This document shows positions 1-8,793 of a stretch of DNA of 32,000 nucleotides, in pieces; the first letter of the stretch is position 1; every line of letters begins with the position of its first letter. The notes under the pieces are model-generated. The model ran no database searches and was not told the DNA's origin. It was given only the letters and a program-made list of their open reading frames with translations. The position numbers and the translations under genes were made by a program. The stretch comes from Candidatus Jordarchaeales archaeon (GTDB lineage Archaea > Asgardarchaeota > Jordiarchaeia > Jordiarchaeales > Freyrarchaeaceae), in the NCBI GenBank assembly GCA_038889235.1, contig JAWAHN010000002.1:14356-46355 (forward strand). The letters are read 5' to 3'.

Positions 1-401
1 CTCATCATCTGCTCGTGCTGAACTGTCATCTCCATTATGTCGTCCGAGCTTGCAAGCTTCATGGCGCTCTCCATGAGCCGGCCAGCTGCCTCCACGCTCT
101 CCTTAACCTGCACTATGTCGTGGGCCTGTTCTATGGCGAAGAGGCGCGCCTCAAGGTTCTCTATGAAGCCCGCATACCTGTTAAGGGCCCCAAGGTAGAA
201 GTAGTACCTTTTCAGGGCGAGCTCCGCGCCCTTCCTGTTCCCTGCCTTGAGGTAAGCTTTAGCGGTCTCCCTAGCCTTCAACGCCTGCTGCTCATACCTT
301 TTCGACTTAACTATCAGACTGTTAATCGTGGCCCTAATCTCACTAATCACTTGGTCCTTTGTTTTCGCCCTCTTGCCAAACAACTTTTCTCTGAAGCTCA
401 T
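1..401 (-). CDS. ESCRT-III (Snf7 domain) protein, Vps20/32/60-like (ESCRT-IIIB); 3' end runs off the window
   Basis: Not in the ORF track because it is open to the edge. Manual translation from ATG at 401: MSFREKLFGKRAKTKDQVISEIRATINSLIVKSKRYEQQALKARETAKAYLKAGNRKGAELALKRYYFYLGALNRYAGFIENLEARLFAIEQAHDIVQVKESVEAAGRLMESAMK... It has a short amphipathic N-terminus and the Snf7-type helix pattern (AK..LK.GN...A..ALKR; NLE....IE.A). GGAGG SD lies 7 nt upstream. Confidence 0.8.
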   Translation of the reverse strand, partial: MSFREKLFGKRAKTKDQVISEIRATINSLIVKSKRYEQQALKARETAKAYLKAGNRKGAELALKRYYFYLGALNRYAGFIENLEARLFAIEQAHDIVQVKESVEAAGRLMESAMKLASSDDIMEMTVQHEQMM

Positions 402-457
402 CTAAACGCCTCCCATCAAAACTAAACTTCGCCTCCCCCAGTTATTAAACCTCTCCC

Positions 458-3301
458 TCAAGGCATCCTACTGAGCATCTGCTCGAGCTCCCTGATCTTC
501 CTAAGCGCCTTCCTCATAAGGAAAGTGTACTCCTCCTCGCTCATCCTCCCGAGCGAATAGTACTCGTGCAGGCTCTGAAGGTACTTCCGAATCCGCTGTA
601 TCTTGGCGGCAACCTCCTCGCGCGAAGGAACCTCCTCGTCCCCCCCTCTACCAACACCGCCCTCAACCTCCTCAGCCTCTCTCTTCGCCGGCGGCGCCTC
701 AGCCGCGGTTTCAATTGGAGCCACCGGCGGAGCTACAACCCTCCTCCTCTCCCTCCTCGGTGGGGGCACCCACTCCCCCTTCACCTCTTTCAGCTCCTTC
801 TCCAAGGCACCTTTAAGCCTAGCCGCCTCCTCCCTACTGGGAGCGGTGACCTCAACGGCGACCAGCGTAGCGTCAACACTCAAACCCACTGCTGCAGCCA
901 GCCTCGCCGCACCTCTCCCCGCCAGGACCACTACCTCCTCCCCGGGTTGCTCGGAGACCTCCCATCCTTGGGACGCCAACACCTCCTTCAGCTTCCCGAC
1001 GACGAGCGACGGGTTAACTTTAACAGCCAACTGGAACCCCGACGACTCGGCCTTCTGCGACGGGTAGAGGTGTTCGTGAAACCTGTACTTAACCAGCCTG
1101 GAAAGGTAGTCGAGCGCCAAATCCTGCGGCACGTCGAGAACCCTGACGCCCACTGTTGGCTCAATCGTGGCTTCAGGCGGCCTAGCAGCCTCGCCCCCCT
1201 CCACGCCCCTAAATATATCCACCGCCTTTGTTTCGCTTACTTCAGACGGCTTAGCAGCTCCCTCAGCAGCCTCACCTCCTACCCCTTCAGCCGCTGTGCT
1301 GGGTGTGGCCTCCCTTCCGGCGTGTTTGCTCACACGCGGCCTAACCTTCACCACGAAGGCTCTCCCGGTCTCCGCCGACACGTCTGAGACCACTGCTACC
1401 CCGGTCGGAAGTCTGCGTATTAAGTCCTCAGCCAATTTTGGAACCACGTTAGGCGACCTCCTCCTGAAAGCCTCCACGTCCGCCTCGAAGACCAGTCTGT
1501 GTGCGATCACCACGTCTACTTGGGACAACACGCGGTCGTCTGTGGCTGAGGGCTGCTGTGTGGCGAGGACGAGGGCACACCCAGGCTTCCTCCCGAGAGT
1601 GGCGTACTCCACTAGAGGCTTTGAGGCAGCGGTCTCCCCCTTGGCTGGGATTAGCGTGTGCGCCTCGTCCACCATGAGCCACGTGACAGGTATACCCCCC
1701 GCCCCCTTACGCCCCGCCTCCTCAGCCCTCGCTTCCCTTTTCCTCCTCTCCAGTATCTTCCTCGCCAGCAGTCCTACCACGAGCCCCCGCAGCTCCCCGG
1801 TCAGCGTGCTGACATCTACCACCGACACGGTGTTCGGCTTAACTATTTCCTCCAAGGGTGTGCCTTCCTTCGAGAAAATCCCCCACCCCTTTGCCGCCAG
1901 CAGTCTCGAAACCACCGCCCTCCTCGTGTCCGGCTTAAACCCCCTCTCACGCGACAGTATCTCCTTTGACGTCTCAATGCACTCGATTAAGTCGTCGACG
2001 GAGTACTCGTCACCCTTACCCTCAACCTTCACCTCTCTCCCTTCTATGAAGGCGGCATACCCCTCCCTAACCTGTACCAGTGCCTTCTCGATCAGAAGTC
2101 CGGGTGGGCTGAACCTTTCAACACCGAAAGCGTAACACCAGTCGTCAACCGTCAAGTCCGACGGCTTCACGGAGAACGGCACATCCCTAGTTGTCTCCGG
2201 CAGCTCTCCATAAACCCCCAACGGGACGAAGACCCTGACATTGCTAAACCCCTTAGGCTCCAGCCCCCACTCCCTAACCCTCCTCAGCTCATCCGCCTCG
2301 CTGCTCGGCTGCTTCACGCTCCAGAACACACCAATCGGGTCAACTATGACGACCGCCACCCCAAGACCTGAACGCGCAATCTCCTCGGCTAGGACGCCCA
2401 GCGTGTAGGACTTCCCCGACCCCCGCTGGCCGCATATGAAGACAACGTGCGGCTTAAGCACGTCGAGAAGCACAGGGCGCCCCGCCAGCTCCCCCCTCTC
2501 CCATACGCGTCCAATATAGGCGAGCCCACGGCTCACCTCGCGCTCCTCCCTAGTCCTGCCGAGCACCACCCCCTCCCCCACCTCGTCCAACATCACCTCC
2601 AAGGGTGCCCCAACATCGAACACGTCTCCCGGAGCATCCCTCCTCCGCGCCCTCAACTCCCCTAAGAGAGCGGAGAGAGCCCTCCATACGTCTTCAGCAT
2701 TGTCCAAGCTCAGGGATTCAAACACCTTCTCCCGGTCACGCACCCCTTCCGGGTAAAAATTCGGGTCGAAGTTGCAGACCTCCCAGCATGCGAGCGCGGC
2801 ATCCTCTCCAAGCACGCCTGCTGCTTCATCGAAAAACCTTCTCTCTCCCGTCGCCCCGTAGAGCGCCAGAACCCCCCTGGCCCTCTCCACCCCGCTCAGC
2901 CTGTCCACAGCCTCCCTCATCTTCGACAATAACTCCCCACGCCCGGTAGCCCAGTAGACCTCCAGGAGTACTTGGAGGAGTGCCACGTCGACGTACGTTG
3001 TTCTGAAGGCGTAGTCGGCCAGTCTTCCAAGTGCCTCCTCAGTCCTCCCCCCGGGAGCCAGCCTTAGGGCGCGCGCTGCAGCGTTCAGCCTGCCCCCCGC
3101 ACTTCCTCCTTCAAGTATCATGCCGGCCAGCTTGTCCGCTTCGGCCACCGCTCTCTCCAAGAACTCTCTTCTACCGGTCAGCTGGTAGACTGCAGCGAGG
3201 GCGCAGGTTCCCTCCCCTCCCGAGAGGCTTAACACGTCAACCTTTCCCAGAATGGTGTGGAGTAGCTCGCAGACGGGTCTTCCTCTTTCAAGCATAGGCA
3301 A
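458..3301 (-). CDS. Multidomain HerA/FtsK-superfamily ATPase (DUF87/COG0433-like core) with N-terminal helical repeats and C-terminal alpha/beta plus SHOCT-like modules
   Basis: 947-aa ORF with PHVVFICGQRGSGKS (Walker A), IVDPIG, WLMVDEAH (Walker B), GRKPG and LATQQP motifs typical of HerA-like ATPases. Start is TTG 3301 or ATG 3295. Confidence 0.85.
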   Translation of the reverse strand: MPMLERGRPVCELLHTILGKVDVLSLSGGEGTCALAAVYQLTGRREFLERAVAEADKLAGMILEGGSAGGRLNAAARALRLAPGGRTEEALGRLADYAFRTTYVDVALLQVLLEVYWATGRGELLSKMREAVDRLSGVERARGVLALYGATGERRFFDEAAGVLGEDAALACWEVCNFDPNFYPEGVRDREKVFESLSLDNAEDVWRALSALLGELRARRRDAPGDVFDVGAPLEVMLDEVGEGVVLGRTREEREVSRGLAYIGRVWERGELAGRPVLLDVLKPHVVFICGQRGSGKSYTLGVLAEEIARSGLGVAVVIVDPIGVFWSVKQPSSEADELRRVREWGLEPKGFSNVRVFVPLGVYGELPETTRDVPFSVKPSDLTVDDWCYAFGVERFSPPGLLIEKALVQVREGYAAFIEGREVKVEGKGDEYSVDDLIECIETSKEILSRERGFKPDTRRAVVSRLLAAKGWGIFSKEGTPLEEIVKPNTVSVVDVSTLTGELRGLVVGLLARKILERRKREARAEEAGRKGAGGIPVTWLMVDEAHTLIPAKGETAASKPLVEYATLGRKPGCALVLATQQPSATDDRVLSQVDVVIAHRLVFEADVEAFRRRSPNVVPKLAEDLIRRLPTGVAVVSDVSAETGRAFVVKVRPRVSKHAGREATPSTAAEGVGGEAAEGAAKPSEVSETKAVDIFRGVEGGEAARPPEATIEPTVGVRVLDVPQDLALDYLSRLVKYRFHEHLYPSQKAESSGFQLAVKVNPSLVVGKLKEVLASQGWEVSEQPGEEVVVLAGRGAARLAAAVGLSVDATLVAVEVTAPSREEAARLKGALEKELKEVKGEWVPPPRRERRRVVAPPVAPIETAAEAPPAKREAEEVEGGVGRGGDEEVPSREEVAAKIQRIRKYLQSLHEYYSLGRMSEEEYTFLMRKALRKIRELEQMLSRMP

Positions 3302-3306
3302 CCCGG

Positions 3307-3927
3307 TTACAGCTCCTCTTTAAGCTTCTTGATGTCTTTCTCCAGCTCGGCTATCTTTCCAGCCGGCACGGAGGGCAGCTTAACCCCTGTCTCGACGCCT
3401 ATCTCCTGGTCTATCTCGGTCAGCACGTCCACTACTTCTTTCGTGGTGACGTCGGTGGACATGGCCATTTTCTCGAAGCCAGCTTCAGTCATGTCGTGAG
3501 CTATGTCGAACTCCCTCATCGAAGCATCTATCTCGTCCACAAGTTGAGCGACGTCTGGGAGGCTAACCGTGCTCTTCAACCCTTCAAGGGCCGCCTTTAT
3601 TCCGGAGAGCGTGCTGGCGACCTCGTAAACCGACTGGCTCTGCCTCAGCCTCACAACCATCCCTTGGATCCTCATTCTGTAAGCGTCTGTAGCCAGAGCC
3701 CACTTCTGGTACCTTAGGAAATGCTCGGCGTACATCTTCGCCGCGTCGTTGTTTCCAGCCATGCGGTAGCGCTTAGCCTCTTCCCTGCTCCTCTTAGCCT
3801 CCCTCTCGAGCTCCTTCTTGTGGTACTCGAGCTTCCTCGTGAAGACCTCCAGCTTGAATATAACGTCTTTGAGGTTTGGCCCCCCTTTGAGCCAGCTCAG
3901 AAACTTCTTGAATGACATGGAGACCAT
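3307..3927 (-). CDS. ESCRT-III protein, Vps2/24/46 (Did2/CHMP1)-like (ESCRT-IIIA)
   Basis: All-helical 206 aa. AKRYRMAGNNDAAKMYAEHFLRYQK...RIQGMVVRLRQ matches the CHMP1/Did2 pattern. It has an amphipathic N-terminus (MSFKKFLSWLKG), an acidic C-half and a terminal ELEKDIKKLKEEL helix. Alternative start ATG 3918. Confidence 0.85.
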   Translation of the reverse strand: MVSMSFKKFLSWLKGGPNLKDVIFKLEVFTRKLEYHKKELEREAKRSREEAKRYRMAGNNDAAKMYAEHFLRYQKWALATDAYRMRIQGMVVRLRQSQSVYEVASTLSGIKAALEGLKSTVSLPDVAQLVDEIDASMREFDIAHDMTEAGFEKMAMSTDVTTKEVVDVLTEIDQEIGVETGVKLPSVPAGKIAELEKDIKKLKEEL

Positions 3928-3958
3928 CCACCTAAGTGAAGTTTAGGGAAGCGGCGGG

Positions 3959-4534
3959 TTATAACGCTTTCCTAGAGTGCATCCTGCAGTCGATCTCGTG
4001 GTGAACCAGCGTCACACAGTGGCTGGCTAGGTATCTTCTCGGGCCAAGGGACACCCTTACAGCCCCAAGCCCTCCTAGGACATCTTCGTACTCCGGTGGG
4101 AGGTCCAGGTGGCTTCCCAGCACGAAAGCTGCATCAACAGGAAGGTCGACGCTCCACAAAGGAGCCCCCTCCTCGTGCAGGTAGAAGAGGGGCAACCCCC
4201 CGGCAACCATTCCTACGACTTCCCTGAACCCCGCGCGCTCCAACCTGAACCCGTCAACGCGCTCCCCGGCAAAAACCCTCCTGAGGACTCTGGCAACTCC
4301 GAGCTCTGAGCGCGGGACAGTCCCAACCTTCCAACCCTCGACAATGAGCGCGCTCGCTCCCTCATCGAGCACCGCGCAGAACAACGTGTCCCTCCTAACG
4401 CCGCCAGCCCCCGTCAGCGCCGCCACCAGGCATCTGCAGACGACGTCAAGCCTCCCCGAAGACCCAGGAAGGTTCTTCAAGCTGAACCCAGGCGAAGACC
4501 TCGCAGTTAAAGCCACGACGATGAACGCCCTCAA
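3959..4534 (-). CDS. trmY: tRNA (pseudouridine54-N1)-methyltransferase, SPOUT family
   Basis: FSLKNLPGSSGRLDVVCRC, YLHEEG, FVLGSHLD and VSLGPRRYLASHCVTLVHHEID motifs. Confidence 0.88.
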   Translation of the reverse strand: MRAFIVVALTARSSPGFSLKNLPGSSGRLDVVCRCLVAALTGAGGVRRDTLFCAVLDEGASALIVEGWKVGTVPRSELGVARVLRRVFAGERVDGFRLERAGFREVVGMVAGGLPLFYLHEEGAPLWSVDLPVDAAFVLGSHLDLPPEYEDVLGGLGAVRVSLGPRRYLASHCVTLVHHEIDCRMHSRKAL

Positions 4535-5326
4535 TCAACCCACCACCATGTGAACCCCTACGCAGCACAATAAAACGCCGAAAATCCTCCTCAGCCAAAC
4601 ACCGCTAATCTTGCCTGAAAGCGCGGAGCCAACTTGCCCCCCAATAGCCCCCCCAACACCCATAGCCAAGGCCAGCGCCAGGTTCACGTGGCCGAGGGAA
4701 ACGTGCACCAGCACCCCGGCAGCCGTCATAAAAATCATCGCGAGACACGATGTGCCGACAGCCACGTGAACCGGGACGCCGAGGCAGACGAGGAGAGGAA
4801 CCTGCACTACGCCCCCTCCAATACCCAGAAACCCTGAAGCCAAACCCGCTGAGAAGCCTCCAACCGTGACCAGCAAGAGGTTTAAGCCGCGACTCCTAAT
4901 CCGCCCCCCTCCCCCAAACCTACCGAAGCCCAAAATCATCGCCACCCCGACAGCCACGAGGCTTAAGGCGAACAACCAGCCAACCACCCTGCCGCTAACA
5001 ACACCGGTGAGCAGAGAGCCAAGCAGCGACCCGGGGATTGCCGACAACCCCAAGACCACCCCAAGAGGCCAGTCAAACCTCCCCCGCCAAATGTGGCCGA
5101 CAGCCGAGGACAAGGCGTTCATCCAAACGGCGACAAGACTGGACCCAACGCTGTCAACCACGCTCAAACCCCCCAAGTAATGCAGCAGCGGGACGTACAG
5201 GAAACCCCCACCGACACCGAGAAAGCCGCCAATCACTCCCACAAAGAAACCCAAAACAGACAGAAGAGCCAGCTCCAACGCCGACACCCCAGCCGCAGAC
5301 GACACACCAAAACACACCAAAAACAT
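4535..5326 (-). CDS. Sulfite exporter TauE/SafE family membrane protein
   Basis: Hydrophobic with duplicated G.GGG motifs (GGFLGVGGGFLYVP; SGFLGIGGGVVQVP) and AVGTS. True start may be GTG at 5287. Confidence 0.85.
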   Translation of the reverse strand: MFLVCFGVSSAAGVSALELALLSVLGFFVGVIGGFLGVGGGFLYVPLLHYLGGLSVVDSVGSSLVAVWMNALSSAVGHIWRGRFDWPLGVVLGLSAIPGSLLGSLLTGVVSGRVVGWLFALSLVAVGVAMILGFGRFGGGGRIRSRGLNLLLVTVGGFSAGLASGFLGIGGGVVQVPLLVCLGVPVHVAVGTSCLAMIFMTAAGVLVHVSLGHVNLALALAMGVGGAIGGQVGSALSGKISGVWLRRIFGVLLCCVGVHMVVG

Positions 5327-5380
5327 AAATATAACTTCTCACTACAAGGAACCAGACAAACGATACGAGGTAGGAAAAAT

Positions 5381-5662
5381 ATGCCCAAAAAGCGCAAAAG
5401 CAGAGGGAGATCTAAGGGCTCGTCTGGGAGAAAGGAGCTCGTAGCATGCGCCTTCTGCGGCAAACTAGTACCCAGAGACAAAGCCAAGAAAATAACAAAG
5501 TATGTCACACCAGTAGACCCAGCGCTCGCACGTGAACTCAGAAAGCAAGGAGCATACATACCGCGAGAAAAAGTAGTCCTACACTACTGCATAAGCTGCG
5601 GAATATACCGCTCACTCATAAAAATAAGGGCAGAAGAGGAGAGAAAGACATCACAACAGTAA
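5381..5662 (+). CDS. rps26e: 30S ribosomal protein S26e (eS26)
   Basis: MPKKRKSRGRSKG...CAFCGKLVPRDKAKK...YCISCGI. ATG at 5381 after AGGTAGG; the ORF-track upstream extension is spurious. Confidence 0.95.
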   Translation: MPKKRKSRGRSKGSSGRKELVACAFCGKLVPRDKAKKITKYVTPVDPALARELRKQGAYIPREKVVLHYCISCGIYRSLIKIRAEEERKTSQQ

Positions 5663-5678
5663 CCGAAAAAAATATATT
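5663..5678 (+). promoter_or_regulatory. Probable BRE-TATA promoter of the 16S rRNA transcript (TSS about 5701)
   Basis: CCGAAAAA followed by AATATATT (5671-5678), about 23 nt upstream of a GC-rich hairpin-forming leader. Confidence 0.5.
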
Positions 5679-5823
5679 CTCCTGCCAATCATCCACTTTA
5701 GTGGAAACCGCAGCCCCGGTCCAGCCCCGAAACACGCCGAAAAGGCAGCCCATGAGGGAGCTGAGTCCGGCTGCGGGTAAAACCTGCGGGTCCGAGCAAC
5801 CCGGGCAAACCGAGCGACTCGGG

Positions 5824-5862
5824 CCCAAGGAAAGCCCAAACCACGCAAAACAGCCCAAACCC
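5824..5862 (+). other. 5' arm of the pre-16S processing stem with bulge-helix-bulge
   Basis: CCCAAGGAAAGCCCAAACCA-CGCA-AAA-CAGCCCAAACCC pairs with 7406-7444. The geometry is a 3-nt bulge, a 4-bp helix CGCA/UGCG and a 3-nt bulge. Confidence 0.9.
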
Positions 5863-5903
5863 ATAAAAAGCCTTGCGGCAACTCGGGGAGCACCCCTCCC
5901 CCA

Positions 5904-7401
<1,498 letters not shown>

Positions 7402-7405
7402 CCGT

Positions 7406-7444
7406 GGGTTTGGGCTGTGCGGTTTGGTTTGGGCTTTCCTTGGG
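7406..7444 (+). other. 3' arm of the pre-16S processing stem (BHB)
   Basis: GGGTTTGGGCTG-TGCG-GTT-TGGTTTGGGCTTTCCTTGGG is the reverse complement of 5824-5862 apart from the two bulges. Confidence 0.9.
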
Positions 7445-7623
7445 TTCGGGTTTTCTGTTTGTTTTCGTTGTTGTTTTATGTGGAGTGTATTCTCTTTTTG
7501 CTTGTGTGTTTGGTGGGCTGTTTTAGTGGTTTGTGGGTGTTTTGCTGTGTTGTTTTGTGGGTTTTTGGTGGTTTGTGGTCGGTTTGTTTGGGTTGCTTCT
7601 CGTTTGAATTGTTTTGGGTGTTG
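7441..7623 (+). other. Low-complexity G/T-rich non-coding tract downstream of 16S
   Basis: Hand count gives 162 of 180 bases G or T over 7441-7620. Confidence 0.85.
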
Positions 7624-8793
7624 TTAGTGTGGTTTTAGTGGGGTTATGATGGCTGTTAGGGGTCCTTGTGGTGTGTGTGCTTTTTCTGAGACTATTTTTT
7701 GTATTCCTGCTGCTTTCGCTATTTGTTGGGTTATTTCGTCTAGGCTTATGTTGGTGTAGAGTGCTATGGTGTGGTTTTCTCTCATTCTTGGGAGGAATTG
7801 TAGTAGTAGTGGGTTTGCTTGTTTTCCGGTTTTGGGGTTGCATGGTGTTACCAGTATTCTTCTGCTTTCTGGTGTTGTTGCTGTTTTTTCGGTTGCGTAT
7901 TGGAGCTGGTTTACTGTTACTTTTTCTCCTAGGTCTGTTGTTCCTTCGTAGTTTTCGAGTTCTTCTACTAGTTCTTGGTCTGGTTGGAATGGTTCTGGTT
8001 TGTGGATTTTGAGCACGAGGTATAGTGGTTCGGGGTATTTTTCCGCGGCTTTTTTGGCCCTGCTGGCTGCATCTTTCACTGTTGCTGCCTCCACGATTAC
8101 GGGGCCTCCTGTGGTTTTCCTTTTTCCTCCGGTTGTCGGGGTTGTGGTTTGGCTTAGCGCGCTTTTCAGCTCTTCTTCGGCTGTCTTGTAAATGTGTGCT
8201 GACGCTGATATCGTGGTGGTTGTCCCAACGGATTCCACTCCTTTAATGTGTGAGGCTGCCTCTGTGAGGAAGGCCATGTTTATCCCTGCCACGTCTTCCG
8301 GCCATGCTCTCGCCATGTCGTTGCTTCTGATGTACGCGATGGCGTTGACCGTGTCTCCAAACCTGTGGAGAATTATCATGCTTATGCATGGCGGGTTAGG
8401 GTTGGAGGTGTCGGACGCCGGGTTCCAGAACTGTATCAGGGCGGTGTCGCTCCTCTTGAGCGCCTCTCCCGCTTTCACGACTTGGTTGACCCCGAACCTC
8501 TTTCTCGCGCACCACCCGTAGGTGTAGGTGTGCCCGCCTTTTTCAGCCGTCAGGTACTGGGGTATGTAGCTTTCCTTGAGCGTTTTCTCGTCCATTCCTA
8601 TGTAGCCGCGGGGGAGTATGGGTCCGCTCCTCCATGCTGTTAGGTGTATCACGCATCCTATTGTTTCGAGCGTCTCCTGCCTTTTGTCTTCCGTCGTCAC
8701 GGGTATGCCTTTCTCCAGTATCAGCCTGTTAGCCTGCCTCCAGGCTGCGTCCACGTGGCGCGCTCTTATAACGTATGGGCCGTAGGGTTTCAC
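7624..8793 (-). CDS. Thymidylate synthase-fold protein, tandem domains (catalytic N-domain plus degenerate C-domain)
   Basis: YTYG, NQV, FWNP, PPC(136), RSND(156-159) and SAHIY(198-202) are in the N-half. A second degenerate copy carries NQL..PESRR..NP..LLLQFLPR. GTG start overlaps the upstream stop (GTGA). Confidence 0.82.
   Translation of the reverse strand: MKPYGPYVIRARHVDAAWRQANRLILEKGIPVTTEDKRQETLETIGCVIHLTAWRSGPILPRGYIGMDEKTLKESYIPQYLTAEKGGHTYTYGWCARKRFGVNQVVKAGEALKRSDTALIQFWNPASDTSNPNPPCISMIILHRFGDTVNAIAYIRSNDMARAWPEDVAGINMAFLTEAASHIKGVESVGTTTTISASAHIYKTAEEELKSALSQTTTPTTGGKRKTTGGPVIVEAATVKDAASRAKKAAEKYPEPLYLVLKIHKPEPFQPDQELVEELENYEGTTDLGEKVTVNQLQYATEKTATTPESRRILVTPCNPKTGKQANPLLLQFLPRMRENHTIALYTNISLDEITQQIAKAAGIQKIVSEKAHTPQGPLTAIITPLKPH

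Noticed and set aside
566-2135. Long + strand ORFs (566-1387, 603-1067, 1167-2135) and similar shadows elsewhere (e.g. 20093-20818, 28899-29447)
   Set aside because: They are antisense to well-supported genes, Ser/Pro/Thr-rich and carry no motifs, as expected for GC-rich reverse frames.
5701-5823. GC-rich structured segment as SRP RNA or RNase P RNA
   Set aside because: It lacks the SRP helix-8 CAGG..GNRA..AGCA and the RNase P GAGGAAAGUCC signatures; its position fits the pre-16S leader.
7417-8012. Hydrophobic Leu/Phe/Val/Cys-rich ORFs (7417-7638, 7424-7627, 7668-8012) that look like membrane proteins, and the Thr/Pro/Asn-rich ORF 7523-7843
   Set aside because: These are artefacts of the G/T-skewed tract; 7668-8012 is antisense to the TS gene.
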